From positions 1-32,029 of the IMG/VR virus record IMGVR_UViG_3300032307_000479: a stretch of 32,029 nucleotides of DNA; one strand, 5' to 3'. Shown here one piece after another: positions 25,906-32,029 of the stretch (positions within the stretch are counted from its first letter, which is position 1; every line of letters begins with the position of its first letter). Below the pieces are notes generated by a model that did not search any database, had not been told where the DNA came from, and saw only the letters and a program-made list of their open reading frames with translations. A program made the position numbers and the translations under genes. The stretch is from a virus. Lineage: Duplodnaviria > Caudoviricetes.

Positions 25906-26715
25906 ATGCCTAAAATCCAAACCCGCCAGGATTACGACGCCGTTTCGGCGCTTAACTACAGCCTTGCGAAACAGCTATTAATTTCGCCTTTGCACGCCCG
26001 CCAATACCTCGACGCCCCCCGCGAGGAAACCAAGGCCCTCCGCATCGGTTCCGCTATCCATTGCGCCGCCCTGGAACCCGAAACCTTCTCCAATAAGTAC
26101 GTTTGCGGTATCGACGTGGATAAGAGGACCAAATCCGGGAAAGAGGCATACGAGGCGTTTATCGCCGCCGCCGGGGATAAGATCGTCCTTACGCCCGACG
26201 AATTCAGCCTGGTCGCCAACGTCGCCCTTGCCGCCAATAAGGCGCTCCAAAAGATCGGCGTTACCCTGGTCGAAACGGAAACGATGTATACCGTAGATTA
26301 TTGCGGCGTCCCCCTTAAATCCGCAATCGACGCCGTCGGGGACGACGATTATCTGTACGATCTCAAAAGCTGCGAATCCGCGGCCCCGACGTTTACCGGA
26401 GCCTTGGGGGCGATCAAGGGGTATAAATACAACCTCCAGGCCCATTTTTACCGGACCGTTTACGAGCTGGCGACCGGCAAGCGCCCCAGGGGTTTCCGGC
26501 TAATTTTTATCGAGAAAGAGGCCCCCTGGGCGACGGCCATATACGAAATCGGCCCCAACCTTATGAGCTACGCGGTCGCCGATTTTGAAAAGGCCGTTAA
26601 GCTTTACGAGGCCGGTATCGCTTTCGATTCCTGGCCCGGTTACCCGTCCGACCCCCAAGTTATCGATATCGGGTCCGAACCCGCCAAGGCCGCAACACCT
26701 ATTAATTTCGCCTAA
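25906..26715 (+). CDS. PD-(D/E)XK exonuclease, RecE/exonuclease VIII-like
   Basis: LNYSLAK, GSAIHCAALEP, LKSAID...YDLKS, YNLQAHFY, FIEKEAP. Confidence 0.88.
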   Translation: MPKIQTRQDYDAVSALNYSLAKQLLISPLHARQYLDAPREETKALRIGSAIHCAALEPETFSNKYVCGIDVDKRTKSGKEAYEAFIAAAGDKIVLTPDEFSLVANVALAANKALQKIGVTLVETETMYTVDYCGVPLKSAIDAVGDDDYLYDLKSCESAAPTFTGALGAIKGYKYNLQAHFYRTVYELATGKRPRGFRLIFIEKEAPWATAIYEIGPNLMSYAVADFEKAVKLYEAGIAFDSWPGYPSDPQVIDIGSEPAKAATPINFA

Positions 26716-26724
26716 TCTACCCAT

Positions 26725-27156
26725 ATGGAACCGCAAAACGACCAACCTCCCCTCCGCGACATTACCGAATCCGGCGTTTACCGCCTGAAAATGTCGCTGC
26801 CCAAGTTTGAAAAAATCCGTTTTAACGACGACGGAACCCTGTGGGCCAAGCTTTTCTTTAAGGCCGCCGACGGCGCTTGCCTGTCCACGATCTACGGGAC
26901 CAAGTATCCCAAATCCCTGGCAATCTTGGTCGGAAAGCTTTCCGGCAAGTTTATGGAGGAAAAGGATTTCCTCCCGACCAATGCCTCCGCGGCCGATTTT
27001 ATCGAATACCTTAAGCCCGCGACCGGCAAATACGCCGAGATCGGCGTCGAGGTTACCCCGAACGGCCAATACCATAAGTATAAGCTTACTTTTTCCCGCG
27101 GTTCGCAGAAACCGACGACCCCGCCCGCCTCGTCCCAGGAGGCCCCGCCCTTCTAA
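26725..27156 (+). CDS. putative single-stranded DNA-binding protein
   Basis: Follows the exonuclease; GVYRL start of a beta-rich core; flexible tail ending EAPPF like SSB C-termini. Confidence 0.55.
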   Translation: MEPQNDQPPLRDITESGVYRLKMSLPKFEKIRFNDDGTLWAKLFFKAADGACLSTIYGTKYPKSLAILVGKLSGKFMEEKDFLPTNASAADFIEYLKPATGKYAEIGVEVTPNGQYHKYKLTFSRGSQKPTTPPASSQEAPPF

Positions 27157-27746
27157 TGGCGCAGCCAACCCTTATCCTAATCACCGGGTACGCCAGGTCC
27201 GGCAAGGATACCCTTGCCGAGGGCCTCGTCCGCGGGGCCTCCGGCGCTTTCCCGATCCTCCGGCGCAATTACGCCGATTCCCTCAAGGCCGCTGCCAATA
27301 CGTTTCTCCAGGAGATCGGTATCCTTAACGAATTCGTTAATTTTAATAACGAAACCTTTAAGACGAAACATAGGGATATCCTCGTCGCCCTTGGGGCCGG
27401 GGCCAGATCGGTAAACGCCTCGGTGTTCGCAGATATCCTTATCGACGATTGCCTGGGTTTCGAGGCCGACCAAAGGGACGGACGGCCTCCGGTGGTCATT
27501 ACCTCGGACTGGCGTTACATTAACGAGCTATACGTCGCCCGCGGACGCCTGGAGGAATTGGGTTGGCGCATCGTTACCGTAATGGTCCAAACCCCCGGTA
27601 TCGAGGCCGCCAACCAGGAGGAGGGCCTTTCCATTGGAGAAATCGTCCGTAATATCGCCCCGGACCATACTTATGTCTTTCGACCCCAATCCGCGTACCA
27701 AATCCACGTCGAGGGAAAGCAGCTCGCCGCCAAGCTCGGTATTTGA
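27156..27746 (+). CDS. deoxynucleoside monophosphate kinase-like P-loop protein
   Basis: ITGYARSGKDT, YADSLK, VVITSDWRYINE. Confidence 0.8.
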   Translation: MAQPTLILITGYARSGKDTLAEGLVRGASGAFPILRRNYADSLKAAANTFLQEIGILNEFVNFNNETFKTKHRDILVALGAGARSVNASVFADILIDDCLGFEADQRDGRPPVVITSDWRYINELYVARGRLEELGWRIVTVMVQTPGIEAANQEEGLSIGEIVRNIAPDHTYVFRPQSAYQIHVEGKQLAAKLGI

Positions 27747-27753
27747 CGAGGCA

Positions 27754-28101
27754 ATGGTTTGCCTACTCCAGGAGATCAAAAGGACCGATTTCGAGGAGCG
27801 CCGACGTCTATTGGGCCTTTCCGTCGAACGTGCCAGGTTTTTGGCCGCCTGTTCCCATAATGACGACGGGACCGGCAAAGCCCGATTCCGATGCAATACC
27901 GACCAAACAATCCCTTACGACGATCTGCCTTTACTCCAGGAGGCGCATCGCCTGGGGATCGGCCTTAAGGATACCGCGGATATGTTCGGTATGACCGTCG
28001 CCAAGGTCGCCAGCTATGGCATACCTTTTAGGCAAAAAACCATTATCCCGCGTACGACCGGGACCCGGCCTTATAACCTATTCCAACCCGAAAATGCCTA
28101 A
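27754..28101 (+). CDS. hypothetical protein with C-terminal HTH-like segment
   Basis: Probable ATG at 27754; GIGLKDTADMFGMTVAKV. Confidence 0.5.
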   Translation: MVCLLQEIKRTDFEERRRLLGLSVERARFLAACSHNDDGTGKARFRCNTDQTIPYDDLPLLQEAHRLGIGLKDTADMFGMTVAKVASYGIPFRQKTIIPRTTGTRPYNLFQPENA

Positions 28102-28894
28102 ATCCCAAATCGTCCGGTTCGTCGCTGCCGGGGACGTCCACGGCGATATGGCCGACCCGGAGGCCCTGGAGGCCCTTTACGCCTATTGCGCCGAATACCT
28201 CGGACCCGACGATCTGCGGATTTGCCTAGGCGACGCATTCGATTTCCGATCCCTGCGCCGAGGCGTTGGAGCTGCGGACGCCGAATCCGCGGAATCCCTT
28301 AAGGCCGATATCGAGGCCGGTATGGATTTCCTGCGCCGGTTCCTGCGCCCTGGGTCGGTTTACCTTTGGGGTAACCACGAACACCGCCTGGACCATATGA
28401 TCGCCACGTCGGGGTCGGCGATCTACCGCGATTATTGCCAGGACATTAAGGACGCAATCAACGCAACGGCCCGGAAAGCTGGCGCTAGGGTAATCCTGCC
28501 TTACCACGCGGAAAAAGGGGTTTACCGCCTCGGACCTATCGCAATGGTACACGGTTACGCCCACGGCGTCCAGGCCGTCCACGACCAGGCAAAACATTAC
28601 AGCGACCGCGGCGGCGCTTTAATCTGCGGCCATATCCACCGCCTGGAGCAAATTAATACCCAACGCCACGGGGGAGGCGCTGGGTTTTCCGCTGGCTGCT
28701 TATGCGTAAAGGAGGCAATGTCCTACGCCTCGTCCAGATTGGCGACAAGCCGCTGGGGTACGGGCTTTGCGGCCGGTTGGGTCGATCTAAAGACAAACCA
28801 ATGGAAAATCTGGTTAGTCCACCGTATTTCGTCCAACCCCTCGAAATGGATTTGGCAAACCGATCTTAAAACCTGGACGCCGCGTAAGAAATGA
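28094..28894 (+). CDS. calcineurin-like metallophosphoesterase
   Basis: GDVHG, LGDAFD, GNHE, VHG, GHIHR. Confidence 0.9.
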   Translation: MPKSQIVRFVAAGDVHGDMADPEALEALYAYCAEYLGPDDLRICLGDAFDFRSLRRGVGAADAESAESLKADIEAGMDFLRRFLRPGSVYLWGNHEHRLDHMIATSGSAIYRDYCQDIKDAINATARKAGARVILPYHAEKGVYRLGPIAMVHGYAHGVQAVHDQAKHYSDRGGALICGHIHRLEQINTQRHGGGAGFSAGCLCVKEAMSYASSRLATSRWGTGFAAGWVDLKTNQWKIWLVHRISSNPSKWIWQTDLKTWTPRKK

Positions 28895-29391
28895 GACGCC
28901 TAGATAAAGCGATTAAGGAGCTTACCCTGGCCGTAACCAAGCCCGACGGGCAGCCAAATATGCCGGTCCCAAAGGGTTGGCTGACCATTCAGGAAATGCA
29001 AAGGCATTACGGCCACCGCTGGAGGCATACCACCAGCTACCGCGCCGCATCTATGGCCCAACGCGGCCTTTTAGGCCGTAAACTGATACTCCGGAAAAGC
29101 GATGCGATGCATTACCGGGAATTTGTCTACCGCGTACTCCCCCCGTCCAAATCCCTCGCCGACGCCGATCTTAAATACCTAGGGGTCGGCCAGGATAAGG
29201 TCCCCAAGGGTTGGGCGTCCGCAAAGCAGCTGGCCCAAAGGTTTAAGATTTCGCAGCAAGCGATCTGGCAAATGGCCCAACGCCACGACGTACCCTCCCG
29301 ATTCTACCGAATCCAACGCGGCCTTTCCGGCGTTGTCTCGACCCGTCATTTTCAAATTGGCCCAATGCTGCGCCTCCACGATAAGCGATAA
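28891..29391 (+). CDS. basic protein with duplicated HTH-like units
   Basis: VPKGWLTIQEM... and VPKGWASAKQLAQRFKISQQAIWQM. Confidence 0.6.
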   Translation: MRRLDKAIKELTLAVTKPDGQPNMPVPKGWLTIQEMQRHYGHRWRHTTSYRAASMAQRGLLGRKLILRKSDAMHYREFVYRVLPPSKSLADADLKYLGVGQDKVPKGWASAKQLAQRFKISQQAIWQMAQRHDVPSRFYRIQRGLSGVVSTRHFQIGPMLRLHDKR

Positions 29392-29429
29392 CCAAGGCCG
29401 CCGCCCGACGGCCTTTAACCAATCATCCT

Positions 29430-30755
29430 ATGCAAAAACTTACCGCATCTACCGACGCGGAACGGTTCCTAATCGGTTCCGTACTCCGCGACGGCCTACC
29501 ATTCCCCAAGGACCTAATCCCATCGGATTTCGTCGAACCAAAGCACCAGGAAATTTGCGCCAGTATCCTCTCCCTGGAGGCCGAATCGATCACCGCAGAC
29601 GAGCTTACGGTATCTATGCGCCTCCGGGATATGAAGGCCACAACCGAGGCCCATTACGTCTCGGATACGACCTCCTGCGTCGGCGCTACCCCCTTTAATC
29701 CCGCCTGGGCCGACGAGGTCCGACGCCTCTCGGTCCTCCGGCATATCCGGACCACCGCGACAAAGGCCGCCGAGATTGCCGCCGATCCCGCCGCCGACCC
29801 CCAGGCAATCCTCGCCTTTACCGAGGGCCAGTTTAAGGCAGCCAACCGCCACGACGCGGCCAAAACGCCGTCGGTCGCAATGGGCCTCGACGATCTCCTC
29901 GCATTCGACCGCAAAAACGACCCCAATTCGGTAATCGGTAACCGTTGGTTATGTAAGGGCGGGTCCCTTCTTCTCGTATCCCAGTCCGGCGTCGGCAAAT
30001 CCAGCTTCTCCCTCCAGTTTATGGTAACCCTGGCGACCAAGCGCCTAGGCGGGTTTTTCGGGATCGAGGCCAAACGCCCTTTAAGGGTCGTTTTTTGTCA
30101 AAACGAGAATGATTTTGGAGACGTCGGTGAGGCCCTCCAGGATATAACCGACGGCCTTATGCTGCATCCTCCCGAAATGGAGGCCCTCCGCGAGAATCTC
30201 CATATCTACCGCCTAAAGGGGGCGACCGGCCAAGATTTCCTCGACGAAATGCGCCGCCTCATAAAGCTCCACGCCGCCGATGTATTCGTATGCGACCCTC
30301 TTATGGCGTTCGCAGCAATCAACGTAACCGATCAACAGGAGGTAACCAATTTCTTTCGCAATGGTATCGATTCGGTCCTTTCCGAATCCGGGGCCGTCCT
30401 CGTCGCCGTCCATCATACGACCAAACCTAGGTCGTCCAAGGACACGGCGGGCCAAACCTCCGCGGACCTGGCATATAGCGGGGGAGGCCATAGCGAGATT
30501 ACAAATTATATGCGAGAGGTCGCCGTACTTACCCGCTGCCAGGGGGACGACCCGATATTTAAGTTTTCCCTGACCAAGCGCCGAGGCCGATCTGGAATGA
30601 AGGACGACGCGGGCTTTTTCGCCGGGGATATCTACGTCCGGCATTGCCCGACCCGCGGCGTTATCCGTTGGGAACGGTCAACCCCTCCCGACGATCCCAA
30701 CGCCAAGGCCGATTCTAGACCCGCCAAGGGGTCGCCACGGGCTTTCGAGAGGTAA
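29430..30755 (+). CDS. replicative helicase: DnaB N-terminal domain + RepA/AAA_25 ATPase
   Basis: AERFLIGSVL...DFVEPKHQEI (DnaB-N), Walker A SQSGVGKS, Walker B VFVCDP, VHHTTK. Confidence 0.88.
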   Translation: MQKLTASTDAERFLIGSVLRDGLPFPKDLIPSDFVEPKHQEICASILSLEAESITADELTVSMRLRDMKATTEAHYVSDTTSCVGATPFNPAWADEVRRLSVLRHIRTTATKAAEIAADPAADPQAILAFTEGQFKAANRHDAAKTPSVAMGLDDLLAFDRKNDPNSVIGNRWLCKGGSLLLVSQSGVGKSSFSLQFMVTLATKRLGGFFGIEAKRPLRVVFCQNENDFGDVGEALQDITDGLMLHPPEMEALRENLHIYRLKGATGQDFLDEMRRLIKLHAADVFVCDPLMAFAAINVTDQQEVTNFFRNGIDSVLSESGAVLVAVHHTTKPRSSKDTAGQTSADLAYSGGGHSEITNYMREVAVLTRCQGDDPIFKFSLTKRRGRSGMKDDAGFFAGDIYVRHCPTRGVIRWERSTPPDDPNAKADSRPAKGSPRAFER

Positions 30756-30803
30756 TCCCTCCCCTCGTCCTCACAACCCGCCCAAGCGCCCTTTTCCCGT
30801 GCG

Positions 30804-30888
30804 GTATATTTCCAGGCATATTTCCGTAATATCCCCTAAAGGGGATATGCAATCTCTCCCCCTCCCTAGGGGGTCGGGGGTCGATTGC
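30804..30888. repeat. short direct repeats plus two adjacent inverted repeats (candidate origin or control site)
   Basis: ATATTTCC x2; perfect ATATCCCC-TAAA-GGGGATAT (30829-30848); GCAATC...CCCCC...GGGGG...GATTGC (30849-30888). Confidence 0.5.
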
Positions 30889-30920
30889 CTCACAACCCCC
30901 ATTTATCGGGTCGTACCCTA

Positions 30921-31274
30921 ATGGGAAAACAATTCCGACCGCGTAAGCTTAACGCCGCCCAGGTCCGGCGTATGCGTACCCTAATCCGCTGGAAACAGCT
31001 ATGGGACGAACAACCCGACCGAATGGAGCAAATCCGAAAGGCCGCGACCAAGATTGCCGCCGACAAGCGCCATAAGCGAAACCTCGCCCTTAAGGATATC
31101 CTATCATCCTGGCCCAAAACCCTATCCCCGGACGAATTCCGGCAGCAGATCGATATCCTTGCGCCCAACCTTAACCCCAAATCGGTCGTTAACCGCGTCC
31201 GACGCCTGGGATACCTTACGTTCGACCCGACGCAATTAGCGTGGATAAATCATACCCGCCAAACTGTTGATTAA
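30921..31274 (+). CDS. hypothetical basic protein, possibly winged-helix
   Basis: ATG 30921; C-terminal SVVNRVRRLGYLTFDP...W pattern. Confidence 0.55.
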   Translation: MGKQFRPRKLNAAQVRRMRTLIRWKQLWDEQPDRMEQIRKAATKIAADKRHKRNLALKDILSSWPKTLSPDEFRQQIDILAPNLNPKSVVNRVRRLGYLTFDPTQLAWINHTRQTVD

Positions 31275-31998
31275 AAGGGGGATATCTGGATTATGTCCTT
31301 ACTTGACCAAACCGCCGTCCATTCCGGCCCAATATGCTTCCTGGTGGAGATCACTAACGGCCCAGGATAGGCGTCTCTTAATCGCTAAAAAGCTATTCGA
31401 CCCGTCCGACCTGGCCGGGGATAAGCGCCAAGATCGGTCCCGCGTTAACGATGGTCATTTCGATTTCAGTAGGTCCGAGGAGGAGAATACCTATAACCGT
31501 CCAGGTAAGCAGGGTAACCTAACGACCATATCCAAATCCGCGGCCGAGGAGGTATGCCAGTCCGAGGAGGTAACCCTGGCCTCCCTCGACCCGCGTATCG
31601 AGCAGCTGGACCTTGCCTCCTTCCGGTTGCGGGCAATGCTGGAGTTTCTCCTGGACGGACTGGACGCCTCGACCGATCCCGCAATGCGCCTTAAGGCCGA
31701 CGTTATCCGCATCGTCGTCGGGGAGGGCCGCCCTCCTCGTATGTCGGAGCTGGCAAAGGTCCACGGCCTTACCCGATCCGCGGTTTCCCTCCAATGTCGG
31801 AAACTATTGCGCCGTATGGGTCTACCTCCGTCGCGGTATATGCGTCCAGAGGATGAGGTTACGACGATGCGGGTCGCCTACCTGGTCCGGCAAGCTGCCT
31901 CCAATCATAAAGAGGGCGACAAAATCGAGAAAAACGGCAAAAAAGGGCGTTTTTCTGCGGTACGGCCCCCCCGTACCCCCGGTAAGGAATCTATTTAA
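31267..31998 (+). CDS. sigma70 region-4-like HTH protein, putative late transcription regulator
   Basis: RMSELAKVHGLTRSAVSLQCRKLLRRMG; last gene before cos and the late genes; the true start may be TTG 31303. Confidence 0.6.
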   Translation: MIKRGISGLCPYLTKPPSIPAQYASWWRSLTAQDRRLLIAKKLFDPSDLAGDKRQDRSRVNDGHFDFSRSEEENTYNRPGKQGNLTTISKSAAEEVCQSEEVTLASLDPRIEQLDLASFRLRAMLEFLLDGLDASTDPAMRLKADVIRIVVGEGRPPRMSELAKVHGLTRSAVSLQCRKLLRRMGLPPSRYMRPEDEVTTMRVAYLVRQAASNHKEGDKIEKNGKKGRFSAVRPPRTPGKESI

Positions 31999-32020
31999 AT
32001 GACTGGAAATGACGCCACGC

Positions 32021-32029
32021 GGGCGCGAC
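32021..32029 (+). other. right genome end / putative cos duplicate
   Basis: GGGCGCGAC; 32022-32029 is identical to 1-8. Confidence 0.65.

Noticed and set aside
32009-32023. ATGACGCCACGCGGG near the right end as a sixth motif copy driving terminase
   Set aside because: Needs a gap and several mismatches while the other five copies are invariant; cannot be supported.

Overview
The window looks like an essentially complete ~32 kb genome of a small lambda-type-packaging siphovirus. Every credible gene is on the + strand, and I found no integrase, repressor cassette, tRNA or CRISPR. The two ends share GGCGCGAC (1-8 = 32022-32029) inside a lambda-cos-like dyad. Late region (94-18272): TerS, GpA-type TerL, gpW-like protein, lambda-type portal, S49 protease with a long acidic tail, scaffold-like protein, major capsid, neck/tail genes, a short tape measure, tail tip and fibre genes, and a membrane/lysis cluster. 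Early/middle region (18432-31998): two C5 DNA methyltransferases, a signal-peptide lysozyme, RuvC-like resolvase, ERF annealing protein, RecE-like exonuclease, SSB-like protein, dNMP kinase, metallophosphoesterase, DnaB-N/RepA helicase and a sigma-region-4-like HTH protein. The most notable signal is an invariant 15-mer, TTGACTCCCGCGTTG, found five times in the structural region, always followed by 4 nt and then an A. In three cases that A is the A of the start codon, which suggests a compact phage-specific late promoter making leaderless mRNAs, possibly read by the sigma-4-like protein. Other highlights: a nested +1-frame partner ORF inside the large methyltransferase, a helical u-spanin-like lipoprotein, a lysozyme displaced from the lysis cluster, two structured intergenic RNA candidates and strong TCA/TGA and CATG avoidance. 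All product calls come from motif recognition and gene order, not database searches.
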